A stretch of 64,000 nt of DNA from a virus. Its lineage: Duplodnaviria; Caudoviricetes. Under the pieces are notes generated by a model that made no database searches, was not told the DNA's origin, and saw only the letters and a program-made list of their open reading frames with translations. The translations under genes and the position numbers were made by a program. Positions 29,301 through 38,087 of the stretch are shown one piece after another. Location of the stretch: the IMG/VR virus record IMGVR_UViG_3300035208_006730; one strand, written 5' to 3'. How positions within the stretch are numbered: the stretch's first letter is position 1; every line of letters starts with the position of its first letter.

Positions 29301-30091
29301 AGAATAATGCTATGGTTATCTATTTAACTATAGATGATAGTTTTGAGCAAACCTTGCCTCGTCTGGTATGCATTGCTAGTGGAAGTAAACAACTTGAATT
29401 AAACGAAGTGACAAATCCAAATTACTTTTCAACTAAAAGTGATAAGTCAATTCCAATGTATCGTGAAAAGGGTTACTCAATTATTAGAGATCTAACAAGT
29501 AGAGGAAGACTGATTCTTAAAGATGCTAATCATGGAAGAAGTTTAGCCTTTGTTGAAAGTCTGATCAAGTACTATCGAGAAAAATATCCAAAACGTAAGA
29601 TAGTATTTCTCTTGGATAACTTTCATAAGTTGCAAGATTTAGCAGGAGCAGAAATAGATAGAGGTCTCTATAAAGCAATGTCTCAAAATGCTAAAAATAT
29701 TGCAACACGTTATCATATTCCTCTTCTAGCGACTTGTCAGTATACAAAAATAACGGCAGGAGAACGTGCTACTAATGAGAAGTTATCAGAAACTGTTCAG
29801 CTAGAATTTGATGCTAATCTTATTATTCATCTTTATTCTGAAATGAGTGAAATTAGTGATAGAGCTAAAGATTATCATGAAGAAACAATGAATGGCAAAC
29901 TAATTAGGTTGCCAAGATTAGAGGCTAACTTCGGAAAAAATAAAATTTCAGATTATAGAGGTAGAATTTATTTAGATTTCTGGCCAGCTTGTTCTGACTT
30001 TAAAGAAGTAGATTACGAAATTGCCATCAAAGAACGCGAAGAACGTTCATTCAAAGATAAGAAAAAAGATCTTAATCAAGTCCTCGTCTAG
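26366..30091 (+). CDS. DnaG primase / DnaB-like helicase fusion with intein
   Basis: Zn-binding CINPEH..CMSC, PKYIN, TOPRIM FEGYPD..CLDGD, KDPD; helicase GKANTGK|S, LDNFH, EFDAN, KNK. Confidence 0.92.
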   Translation: MYIRNLTEIIGQLETHLEDYLQENGIDTRGAFLCINPEHKDTHPSCSIQGNDKKTFHCMSCNSAGSIFKAVHFLEGKAYEGPRWMIETVPYLAEKYNVKVDATPPTEDEIYELNTYKAYARAAQYIVSSPVSEKVTQEIKRRGWSDKNLKSLGVGSVVSFKHYWDWMKEDFAATFLEEIDLKRNQIFNENSIIFTVRDEYGEPVGFASRDLDWNGDKSSPKYINQSTKMRCNIYQKGKRLFGMDYLVKNLRGSPQLVYIFEGYPDVVTAREHGIMSCVAIGGTSFTIDQLHLLKSNGFHNICLCLDGDLPGKKKIEGILDTILAGHKDVSTKIMILPDDKDPDDLIREKGKEGFLAVRKWAAFEWRLNQFEEETDGQIICDLMVPHIVTEPNFIQQETMCKTLAARTNVSIKTINQEVGRLQNARENQKVLAREAIIQRLQQKLSRDPGNAEIAITEASSNFMDLMRQYSEDHLSEQSTIALIDQQKKVQEEKEAKFAGMILGQDLKEMAEALNGEWQDNFMLFAGKANTGKCLAEGSLVLMGNGDYKKIEDVVRDRDNEIITKTLTNKLIRGEVIDWIKSGELECISLKTKDGIETSSSLTHPFFTLSGWKPANELKVGDKIATSSNYNVFSDLHSLIDSNTAILLGYLIGDGSITEHVGLSNISSEIIERFELICKLIDPNIYIRYDANATVSVSYKKGRLNPIEYFLEQFDIIGKNAHEKKIPKEIFKSSLKTIAKFLGALYATDGWISPKEIGISFCNKFLLQQVRSLLLRFGIKGRIYESTSSYEREGKRFPRFTLTIKDSESWCKFYNNIEILFLEKQEKLKQLLESTSHIQGCYNNNFPGELWSYIIPKAKSLGISKTHLMKLISPTVRSIYFDKSTNRYRPIGRYDFHINGGIQPIVLESIGRILNDEFLINIATGDICFDEIIETELIGKKSCFDLTVKDFHNFIVQDTVVHNSALFSKLAYEIATHKEENNAMVIYLTIDDSFEQTLPRLVCIASGSKQLELNEVTNPNYFSTKSDKSIPMYREKGYSIIRDLTSRGRLILKDANHGRSLAFVESLIKYYREKYPKRKIVFLLDNFHKLQDLAGAEIDRGLYKAMSQNAKNIATRYHIPLLATCQYTKITAGERATNEKLSETVQLEFDANLIIHLYSEMSEISDRAKDYHEETMNGKLIRLPRLEANFGKNKISDYRGRIYLDFWPACSDFKEVDYEIAIKEREERSFKDKKKDLNQVLV
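27962..29251 (+). mobile_element. Intein in helicase P-loop (430 aa, LAGLIDADG type)
   Basis: NTGK|CLAEGS...LGYLIGDG...LYATDG...TVVHN|SALF. Confidence 0.95.
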
Positions 30092-30115
30092 CACCAACAA
30101 CCATCTTCCCAAATC

Positions 30116-30126
30116 TGTGGTATACT
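30116..30126 (+). promoter_or_regulatory. Extended -10 promoter candidate TGTGGTATACT
   Basis: TGnTATACT in the only sizeable gap after the helicase, upstream of GAGGAGG RBS of 30192. Confidence 0.45.
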
Positions 30127-30191
30127 CCTATTAGATAAGATAGCAGTAGAAGTGTAGAAGGCGGCCAGGACAAGCCAAGAGGAGGAAACAA

Positions 30192-30416
30192 ATGGCCGAA
30201 AAATATACTGCTTTACCTTGGGTATTCAAAGATGGAAAGCTTTACGGGCAAAACGAAGTTCTTATTGCCACCATAGAGTTCTATCAAGAAAAGGAAGTGA
30301 ATGAGGCTAATCTTGATTTGATTATTCATGCTCCTGAATTATTTGAGGCTCTTGATAAAATGATTCGATTAGGAGCAAGGAAGAAGAATACTATCGAGAC
30401 TCCATTTGCTGTCTAA
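30192..30416 (+). CDS. Small phage protein (T..PW...AN..LI..APEL type)
   Basis: YTALPW...EANLDLIIHAPELFEAL; strong RBS. Confidence 0.7.
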   Translation: MAEKYTALPWVFKDGKLYGQNEVLIATIEFYQEKEVNEANLDLIIHAPELFEALDKMIRLGARKKNTIETPFAV

Positions 30417-31503
30417 TTAATCCACAGATCTTTTCAATTATTTCTTCATCTATAGAACTACCTGTTGGTAATACAAGAGTTCGAGTAACCATTCTTTCCG
30501 TTTCTGGAAGAAGAAGTCCTGCATTTGGAAAATAAGATTTGTAAGGTTCCATCCGATGACATCCTGGATAAAAATATTTTCGCGCAATGATATTATTATC
30601 TACCAATACCTTCAGAAGATCATCTCTATCTTCTACTTCAAGAACTATGTATTGATAATTACATTTCTCATTCTCGTTATATTGAAGAAGTTTTACTCCT
30701 GGGATATTTTCTAGTCCCTTTTTGTAGGCAAGATAATTTCTTTTGTTGATAGCAATTATTTTATCTATTTCTTCAAGACTTGTTAATCCCATAATCGCAG
30801 AAAACTCTGTCATCTTTCCATTTGTACCCACATAAATGATGTTATCTGGCCCGTTAAAACCAAAATTCTTCATTAGCCTGACTCTCTGTGCCAGTTCATC
30901 ACTGTTTGTTGAAATGGCGCCTCCTTCACAGCTATTTAAGAATTTAGTTGCGTGAAAAGAGAAGACTTCTATGTTTCCAAAGTTACCAATCATCTGTCCA
31001 TAATTAGAACATCCAAAGGCATGGGCAGCATCAAATAATACTGAAAGACGATGATCTGCTGCAATGTTTTCTATTGCGTCAGTATCTGCCGGTCTACCCC
31101 AAAGATGGACCCCTAGAATTCCTGAAGTCTTTGGGGTAATTAGTTTTTCTATTTTCTTTGGATCTAAGTTATGTGTTTCTGGATCTATATCGCAAAAGAC
31201 AGGAGTAATCTTTTGCCATTGAAGCGCATGTACTGTCGCAACAAAGGTAAAAGATGGAACTATAACTTCTCCTTTTAGTCCAAGAGCTCTAATTGCAATT
31301 TCTAAGCCAATAGTCGCATTATTTACAATAATTACATGTTTTGTTCCAATAAATTTTTGTAATTCTTTTTCAAATTCTTGAGCATATTTCCCATTGTTTG
31401 AAAGCCATTTGCGATCTAGAGCATCATTTAGTCGAAGAAGAAGTTTTTCTCTATTAGGGATATTGGGTCGACCAACTAAAAGTTTTTCGGGAAATAGAGA
31501 CAT
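30391..31503 (-). CDS. DegT/DnrJ/EryC1/StrS PLP aminotransferase (VioA/Per-like NDP-4-keto-6-deoxyhexose transaminase)
   Basis: NNATIGL, VPSFTFVAT, DAAHAFG, FSFHATK (PLP Lys), EGGAI, GTNGKMTE. Confidence 0.93.
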   Translation of the reverse strand: MSLFPEKLLVGRPNIPNREKLLLRLNDALDRKWLSNNGKYAQEFEKELQKFIGTKHVIIVNNATIGLEIAIRALGLKGEVIVPSFTFVATVHALQWQKITPVFCDIDPETHNLDPKKIEKLITPKTSGILGVHLWGRPADTDAIENIAADHRLSVLFDAAHAFGCSNYGQMIGNFGNIEVFSFHATKFLNSCEGGAISTNSDELAQRVRLMKNFGFNGPDNIIYVGTNGKMTEFSAIMGLTSLEEIDKIIAINKRNYLAYKKGLENIPGVKLLQYNENEKCNYQYIVLEVEDRDDLLKVLVDNNIIARKYFYPGCHRMEPYKSYFPNAGLLLPETERMVTRTLVLPTGSSIDEEIIEKICGLIRQQMESR

Positions 31504-31506
31504 TCT

Positions 31507-31599
31507 TTACTCGTACTGCCAAAAATTTCCTTCGGCTTTAATGGTAGATCGATCTTCAGGAAGAGCCATAGAAAGATCTGTTGTCCAAATAGAGTCCAT
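31507..31599 (-). CDS. 30-aa ORF or gene remnant
   Basis: TAATG-coupled to the upstream methyltransferase; fills gap. Confidence 0.3.
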   Translation of the reverse strand: MDSIWTTDLSMALPEDRSTIKAEGNFWQYE

Positions 31600-32321
31600 T
31601 ATTTTCCCTTCTCGCAAACAAGAAAAATACTACTACAAAGATCTGGATATTGCTGACCTAAAGAGTAACAACCTTCAAGATAATCTTCGGAAACAATTTG
31701 TTGAGGAATGACTTGATCCCATTGAAAATTAGCTAAAGCTTTCAGAAAGATTCCTGAACGATGAACAATATTAAGCCCAGCAAATTTAGCATCTCTTTCA
31801 AGAGTATCCATTGTATAGGTTATTCGATGGCCATGTTGATACTCTGATTCTGTCACAGCGGTAGTATGAGAGATCAATCCCATTCGAACAGCAATTTGTC
31901 TAGATAAGGCATTAGCGTTTGGACAAATAAGAAAAAGTCGCCCTATATCTGATAGCCATTCGTTATTAATTCTTTGAAGCGTAGAAATAGGATTATCTAG
32001 ATGTTCAAGTGTATGGATTAGAAAGATATTGTCGTATTTTTCAGGAAGCTTTACAGTTTCGAAAAGTGAATGAATAATTGTAACATCTACTTTTTTTCTT
32101 GCTTCTTCTATGGCTTCAGCTGAAGCTTCAACACAAGTAATGTTCTCTAGCCCTCCTAATCTTTCAGTAAAATCTCCACGAGAACTTCCTAATTCAAGAA
32201 AGTTTCGACCTCTAATAAAAGGGGCAATTGAACGAAGCATGAATGAATGCATAAGATAGTCAAAGTTATAGACGTATTTATGGTTAGATGTATCCTGATT
32301 CTCCTGATTATAATCTCTCAT
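31599..32321 (-). CDS. Class I SAM-dependent methyltransferase
   Basis: LELGSSRG, CVEAS, HTLEHLDNP, ICPNA. Confidence 0.9.
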   Translation of the reverse strand: MRDYNQENQDTSNHKYVYNFDYLMHSFMLRSIAPFIRGRNFLELGSSRGDFTERLGGLENITCVEASAEAIEEARKKVDVTIIHSLFETVKLPEKYDNIFLIHTLEHLDNPISTLQRINNEWLSDIGRLFLICPNANALSRQIAVRMGLISHTTAVTESEYQHGHRITYTMDTLERDAKFAGLNIVHRSGIFLKALANFQWDQVIPQQIVSEDYLEGCYSLGQQYPDLCSSIFLVCEKGK

Positions 32322-32401
32322 CTAGTCTCCTTAGAAGAAAACTAGATTTAGTATATTCTTTATTTTTTTGCCATGGAAGAGCTGGTATTCCTTAATAAGA
32401 A

Positions 32402-32959
32402 TTATATAAGATTCCAGTAGTTACTCTCAATGCAAATTTTTCTGTAATCATCAGACGTTATGCCAACAAGAATTTCATCTAAGTACTCATTGTGTCTAAA
32501 AATCCACTCTCTACGACAACCCTCTTCTATCCAACCAAGTTTTTTATAGAAATTCAGACTAGGAGTATTAGTCGATAATATTGAGCCATCAAGTCTATGA
32601 AGACCTAGCTCATCAAATGCAAATCTCATTGTTGCCATTACAGTGTCGAAACCAAGACCCTTCTTTCTATTTTGTGTGTCGCCTATCATTAGGCCATGCC
32701 AAGCTCTTTTGTTCCTCCAATTAATTTCAATAAGACTAGAGATGCCTATCGGCACTTCTTCAAAAGAAACAATAAAGCGCTGATCTAATGGCTCAGCTTC
32801 TAGTTTTTTAATCCAATTTAGATGATAATTTTTAGAGTTAGGGAAATAAATTGTACCCATGGACTCTTGAGTATCTGTATCATCCGCCCATTTTTTTAAA
32901 AAGGGAAGATCCTCTTCTTCTATCGCTCGAAGAATAACAAGTTTTCCTTTAATATTCAT
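32402..32959 (-). CDS. GNAT (RimJ/RimL, PseH-like) N-acetyltransferase
   Basis: LRAIEEEDL, RKKGLG, FAFDELGLHRL, N..S..FYKKLGW..EG..RE. Confidence 0.9.
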   Translation of the reverse strand: MNIKGKLVILRAIEEEDLPFLKKWADDTDTQESMGTIYFPNSKNYHLNWIKKLEAEPLDQRFIVSFEEVPIGISSLIEINWRNKRAWHGLMIGDTQNRKKGLGFDTVMATMRFAFDELGLHRLDGSILSTNTPSLNFYKKLGWIEEGCRREWIFRHNEYLDEILVGITSDDYRKICIESNYWNLI

Positions 32960-32962
32960 TTA

Positions 32963-33901
32963 TTACTCCTGAAGGACTGCTACACCAAAACCATATTTTC
33001 CAAATTCATTCCCATTGTAGAGCATGAAAGTTTTATTGTTGAATTTAAAAACATGAGGATAGTGCTGCATTTGTGAATCCCAACCATTTGACGATAAGTC
33101 TATTCCAGCAAGTTCATCTTGTCTGTTCCAAACAAAAGCGTTTTTAGACCAAGCGTATCCAATTCTGTATCCTCTATCATTATTTCTAAAATTAAAAGCA
33201 GGTCTATAACTAAAAAACATATGATATATACCGTCACTAAAAAATACATCAGGACCTGCCTGACATTCTTCTTCTTGTAAAACGCTGCTTATTAAATCTC
33301 TATTTTCCTTCTGCCAATTAATTCCATCATTTGAAATTGCTAGTCTTATTTTATAAGTAGAATCAATATAATCTTTGCTAGAAGTCCATTTCTCTCCAGC
33401 TAGATAATACATAAACCATATTCCATTGAAAATTCTTACTTTTGGACCGCTCAACTCAAATGGTTCTAATAGAGAGTTTGTTAAGATTGGTCCTTTTCCA
33501 TATCTTTTAAAAGAAATTCCATTATCATCGCTTATAGCTAAACCTATAGAAACAGTATACGGAACAGACTGACATCTTGTCCATCCTCCATAATACAGTC
33601 TAATTGAATTATCATATTTAATTATCGATGTAGGATAAATTCCAAACTCATCAAATGTTCCTAATTCTCCTAGGGAAAGAATTGGTTTCTTGGCAATATT
33701 AATAACTTTAAAATTCTGATCTAAGTCTATAAAAGCTGTATAGCTAACATACTGATTATTTTTTGCTTCGGGTCTACAGGAAAAATATACTCTTATAAAT
33801 TCATCAAAAATAAGCGTACTAGTACACTGGGCATGAGAGTTCATCCACGAAATTTTAAACATCTGTGGATTAAATACTTGTCCTAGTTTCTTCCATTTCA
33901 T
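32963..33901 (-). CDS. Five-bladed beta-propeller glycoside-hydrolase-like protein
   Basis: MKWKKLG, GTFDEFG, repeated IGLAISDDNG / LAISNDGINW / IGYAWSKNAFVW, LYNGNEFG. Confidence 0.8.
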   Translation of the reverse strand: MKWKKLGQVFNPQMFKISWMNSHAQCTSTLIFDEFIRVYFSCRPEAKNNQYVSYTAFIDLDQNFKVINIAKKPILSLGELGTFDEFGIYPTSIIKYDNSIRLYYGGWTRCQSVPYTVSIGLAISDDNGISFKRYGKGPILTNSLLEPFELSGPKVRIFNGIWFMYYLAGEKWTSSKDYIDSTYKIRLAISNDGINWQKENRDLISSVLQEEECQAGPDVFFSDGIYHMFFSYRPAFNFRNNDRGYRIGYAWSKNAFVWNRQDELAGIDLSSNGWDSQMQHYPHVFKFNNKTFMLYNGNEFGKYGFGVAVLQE

Positions 33902-34596
33902 CTTAATTCGTACTCCTGTAGATATTCTTGTATCTTATTTTTTGAATTAAACATAATTACATCTAAAACGGAAAGCCACGGAACAAAATTATCTCCAAAC
34001 TGTAAGTAGGAAAGATTCTCATTCGTAAATAAGAAAGAGAGTTTAATTTCATTAAAATTTTTCCGATGATAAAGCTCAGTACCACCTCGAGGATTAATGT
34101 ATTGGTCTACTTTTAATTCCTTACAGATAGCTATAATCTTATCTTCTCCTTTTAATGAGTGATCAATTGAAATAGTAGAAGAGATAATAAATGGAGTTGT
34201 GATTTCTAGATAAGAATTTACTTTTTGAAGAGATCTTAAAAGATACTGAAAAAGATTAATTTCCTCAATATCAAACACTTCTTCGAGTAATTTGCTTCCT
34301 TCGTTAAAAAACGGAGCTCCGTTGTAAGCAGTAATAACTTTATTTAAAATTTTCTTTTTGTCTTGCTGCCAAGTTTCAGCTAGATACCTGTCTCTGATGT
34401 CCAACGTATCAGAATTCTTCTTTAGAGGTAGTGTAAAGTAAGCATCTTGTTCGTTCAGTAGATAACGATTTCTGTTGATCCAACCTTTTTTGGTGTATTG
34501 AATATTATCCCAAATCACAAACTTATCTACAACTGATATTAATTGGAAATATCCAATATACGGAAGAAAATAAGGTTGCATAATAGCGAGTTTCAT
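33898..34596 (-). CDS. wbqC: WbqC-family protein (putative glycyltransferase)
   Basis: MKLAIMQPYFLPYIGYFQLI, QYTKKGWINRNR, YINP.GG..LY, FVPWLSVLD. Confidence 0.92.
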   Translation of the reverse strand: MKLAIMQPYFLPYIGYFQLISVVDKFVIWDNIQYTKKGWINRNRYLLNEQDAYFTLPLKKNSDTLDIRDRYLAETWQQDKKKILNKVITAYNGAPFFNEGSKLLEEVFDIEEINLFQYLLRSLQKVNSYLEITTPFIISSTISIDHSLKGEDKIIAICKELKVDQYINPRGGTELYHRKNFNEIKLSFLFTNENLSYLQFGDNFVPWLSVLDVIMFNSKNKIQEYLQEYELR

Positions 34597-35423
34597 TAAA
34601 ATACTTCCGTATCCAAAAGAGGATTAAACTTGCATATTGTTTCAGGAAGAACGTTTGAAACAATTTCTTTCATTGTTTTTGAATATTGCCACCAATCTCC
34701 CAGAAGAAGATGTTCTTCAAACCACTTAATTCTTTCTTGGTATCCAATAGGGAATATTTTTTCATCTGCGCGAAAATCAAAACCATAAACTCCAATATTT
34801 AGGAAACGATTAATATGAGTTTGATAGGTTTTCCAATTTCCCTTTTTCAGAGCAAGAATCATAATTTCATCTAATCCAGTTGGTCTTCCATCAGGAAGCT
34901 GAATATGCCATCCATTTCTCGTAATAATAAAATTTTCTGCCAAAAATTGTTTAATAAAATTCTTTGTTATGACTGTTCCCCATGGACAATACCAGGGAAT
35001 AGGATTCTCAAAAAAACCAAGATTATTTACTTCTTCTTTTCTATAGGTTTCACCAGTTAAAAAACATGCAGTGTCTGGTAGTGAGATTACTGATATATTT
35101 TTTTTAATAAATTGTAAAAAGTTTTTATGTAACAAAATGTCTTCTTCTACTGGAAGAAAGAAAGTATCCATATCTTCCAAGATAGTTTTTATTCCTTCCA
35201 TTGTATTTCTTGTTATACCATAATTACTTGGTCTTTTTATTATCTTTTTGGGAAATGGAAATTCTTCTGCAAGATGGTAGGTCTCTACAGCTGCCCCACC
35301 ATCAATTAAAAAAAATGTAGTAATATCAAAATCTTTAGCTAAATTTCGCGCTTCTTGTTCGTACTTTAAGGAAAGATAAAGCATCTCAGGTCGATTAAAA
35401 CATGTGCGAAAAATATAGTTCAT
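34596..35423 (-). CDS. Putative GT-A fold glycosyltransferase
   Basis: FNRPEML, YGITRN, PVEEDILL (DxD equivalent), PWG, NIG. Confidence 0.6.
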   Translation of the reverse strand: MNYIFRTCFNRPEMLYLSLKYEQEARNLAKDFDITTFFLIDGGAAVETYHLAEEFPFPKKIIKRPSNYGITRNTMEGIKTILEDMDTFFLPVEEDILLHKNFLQFIKKNISVISLPDTACFLTGETYRKEEVNNLGFFENPIPWYCPWGTVITKNFIKQFLAENFIITRNGWHIQLPDGRPTGLDEIMILALKKGNWKTYQTHINRFLNIGVYGFDFRADEKIFPIGYQERIKWFEEHLLLGDWWQYSKTMKEIVSNVLPETICKFNPLLDTEVF

Positions 35424-36058
35424 TTTAACCTCAAGATAAACGGATAGTTTTCTGGATTCTTTTTATCAAATGGAAAGGTTTGAGTTGCTTCAAAATTAAC
35501 TATCTCGTAGTTCCTTAATTTAAATTCTTGTTCCCAATCTTCTTTCGTGAGGACAACGTAATGTTCTATGGTCCAATTCGAATCAAATCTCTTCATTCCA
35601 TTTTTATTTAGAGGAACTGTGAGAGATACCTGAGATGAGACTTGTTGAAGTTTTTCAAATAATTCTGGATAAAAATTATAAGGAATATGTTCTATGATAT
35701 CAAGGGCAACAATCAGATCGTAAGTTTTTGTTATCTCAATATCTTGGGCTGCTTGATGCCTAATAAAAGAAGCGATTTCTGGAACAATTGGATGAGCGAT
35801 AGACCATTCAGAAATATCTATTCCTTCTGCTTCAACTCCTCGATCTCGAAAAGCTTTTATTAGAGAACCTCGTCCGCATCCTAATTCCAATACAGTATTT
35901 GGATGAAGAAGATGAATCAAGTCTTCTGCTATACCGTTCCATCTTTCGGTTCTATTGTAATGTTCTGGATCAGCAAATCCACCCGGAACATCTCCAAATT
36001 GATGTGCTCCGTTATATTTCTCTCCATAAAGTTCAGACATTAAAATTTTATCATACAT
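35420..36058 (-). CDS. Class I SAM-dependent methyltransferase
   Basis: VLELGCGRG, GIDISEW, YDLIVALDIIEHI. Confidence 0.9.
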   Translation of the reverse strand: MYDKILMSELYGEKYNGAHQFGDVPGGFADPEHYNRTERWNGIAEDLIHLLHPNTVLELGCGRGSLIKAFRDRGVEAEGIDISEWSIAHPIVPEIASFIRHQAAQDIEITKTYDLIVALDIIEHIPYNFYPELFEKLQQVSSQVSLTVPLNKNGMKRFDSNWTIEHYVVLTKEDWEQEFKLRNYEIVNFEATQTFPFDKKNPENYPFILRLK

Positions 36059-38087
36059 TTTCTACTCCAAGATCTGCTTCTACCATCATTCGAACTAGGT
36101 CTCTGAAATGAACTGATGGTCTCCATCCTAATTCTTCTCGAGCACGAGTCCAGTTAGCTTTCAAATAATTAACTTCTGCTGGACGATAAAGACCTGGATC
36201 TATTTCAATGAAATTCTGATAGTCTCCAAGACCTGCAATCTGAAATGCTAACTCGAGAAATTCCCGAATTGTGTGAGTTTCTCCTGTGCCAATAACATAG
36301 TCGTCTGCATAATCATGGTTAAGCATAAGCCACATTGCTTTAACAAAATCACCTGCAAATCCCCAATCACGAGCTGTATCTATATTTCCTAATTTGATTT
36401 TCTGAATCTTGCCCGCGACAATATCTTTGATTCCAAGTGTAATTTTTCTGGTGACAAAGTTAGATCCGCGACGAGGGGAATTCCCAACTATAGCTATCCC
36501 AATTCCAGCCATCACAATACCAGATTCTGTTTCTATGTCAAAGACATGTTGATTATCTTCAGATCTATTTATTATTTTTTTTACTATATTATTGTCTAAT
36601 ATTAAGTGGTCTCCTTTTGATCTAGTCTTATTGGGAGATCTTAAATTAATCTGATGATAAACTTTTCCATTTTGTTCAAATGTATTAATACAGTATTCAG
36701 ACTTTATAGTATTGTTAACCAAGTATAGAATCCCTTGGGCTAACAAGGGAGAGTTTGTTTTGAATGATTTAAATTCATAATTTGTTTTGTCTTGTTTAAG
36801 TCCATCAGCTTGATTATATCCTTTTAAAAATGCTAACTGAATTTCAGATTTTGCATTCAAAATAATTGCTGGTACTTTTTTATGTTTAGTGCGGGTTTCG
36901 TAAAGCATTTCTCTTAACACTTCGCATTGTGACTGAGTTAATCCGTGTAGGTCAACGTGAGTAGTTGTTCCATTATAACCAGATACATGACTGTTAATAG
37001 AAGAAGTAATATTAAAAAAGGTCTTTTTTGCTAAGGCAATAAAATTTTGTTGTATAATAGGGTCGTTATTTGTTAATCTTACTCCTTTCGAAATATGTCC
37101 ATCTCCTGCTAAAAGACCAAGTAATTCTGCAAATTCTTCTGTAATAAATTTACTAATTCTACAATCTGGATATCTTCCCAAAACCAATTGTGTTCCATTA
37201 GTCATTTCTCTCGCTTCTTTGGTTTCTATTTTAGTCTTAACTAATTTGTGATTTGGAGTTGTAGCAATAGAGGCTCCAGGAGCAATAGTTATTTGTCTAT
37301 ACTGATCTGTGGCATTTTGTAACATAGAAAGCTTTCTACGAGATACGGCTTTAAGTTTAACAAACTGATTTCCGTCCCATATATTTGTATTAAGAGAATC
37401 ATATTCTTTAATATATGTATTTGAGTCACTACTAATGTCTTTTCTATGAGGAACAAGGGAGGAAATATAGACAATGTCAATATCTCTATTTTCTTTTTCA
37501 ATTATCACTGGAGTATCAGCGAAGAAACACTCATGGTTGAAAAGTATCCCTGAAACAGCATACATATTATAGGCTTCTCGATAATGCTTTGTCCACCAAA
37601 ATCCTGCTAGTTTAGCGATGCCATAAGGAGAACGAGGATGAAATGGAGTCTTCTCACTTGAACCATTGACCGTAATGCTTTCAGTTAATCCTCCGAAAAG
37701 TTCGCTCGTACTAGCATTATAGAGCTTTGTATTAATTCCTGATACCCGAATTGCTTCGAGACAATTAAAAGTCCCAATTGCATTACAGTTAAAAGTATAG
37801 ATAGGCTGAGAAAATGAAGTTCCAACATGACTTTGCGCAGCAAGGTGATACATTTCATCAGCTCTAACCATCTTACAAATATTAGTCATACTAATTAAAT
37901 CTGTTACATCACCCTCTTCTAATCTAAAGTGAGGATTATCTAGTAAATGCTGAACGTTTCCTCCACTATTAGAAGAATTGCGTCGTTTAATTCCCACAAC
38001 ATCATAATCTTTTTCTAGAAGAAATTCAGATAAATATGATGAATCCTGACCACTAATACCAGTTATTATTGCAACTTTATTCTTCAT
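36051..38087 (-). CDS. gmd: GDP-mannose 4,6-dehydratase with intein
   Basis: ITGISGQDSSYL, LAAQSHV, ASTSELFG, PRSPYGIAK, GILFNHE|...|SPRRG..FVTRKI, RDWG, RPAEV. Confidence 0.96.
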   Translation of the reverse strand: MKNKVAIITGISGQDSSYLSEFLLEKDYDVVGIKRRNSSNSGGNVQHLLDNPHFRLEEGDVTDLISMTNICKMVRADEMYHLAAQSHVGTSFSQPIYTFNCNAIGTFNCLEAIRVSGINTKLYNASTSELFGGLTESITVNGSSEKTPFHPRSPYGIAKLAGFWWTKHYREAYNMYAVSGILFNHECFFADTPVIIEKENRDIDIVYISSLVPHRKDISSDSNTYIKEYDSLNTNIWDGNQFVKLKAVSRRKLSMLQNATDQYRQITIAPGASIATTPNHKLVKTKIETKEAREMTNGTQLVLGRYPDCRISKFITEEFAELLGLLAGDGHISKGVRLTNNDPIIQQNFIALAKKTFFNITSSINSHVSGYNGTTTHVDLHGLTQSQCEVLREMLYETRTKHKKVPAIILNAKSEIQLAFLKGYNQADGLKQDKTNYEFKSFKTNSPLLAQGILYLVNNTIKSEYCINTFEQNGKVYHQINLRSPNKTRSKGDHLILDNNIVKKIINRSEDNQHVFDIETESGIVMAGIGIAIVGNSPRRGSNFVTRKITLGIKDIVAGKIQKIKLGNIDTARDWGFAGDFVKAMWLMLNHDYADDYVIGTGETHTIREFLELAFQIAGLGDYQNFIEIDPGLYRPAEVNYLKANWTRAREELGWRPSVHFRDLVRMMVEADLGVENV
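36480..37529 (-). mobile_element. Intein in Gmd (350 aa, LAGLIDADG type, ends Gly-Asn)
   Basis: FNHE|CFFADT...TPNH...LGLLAGDG...GYNQADG...VFDIET...IVGN|SPRRG. Confidence 0.93.
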
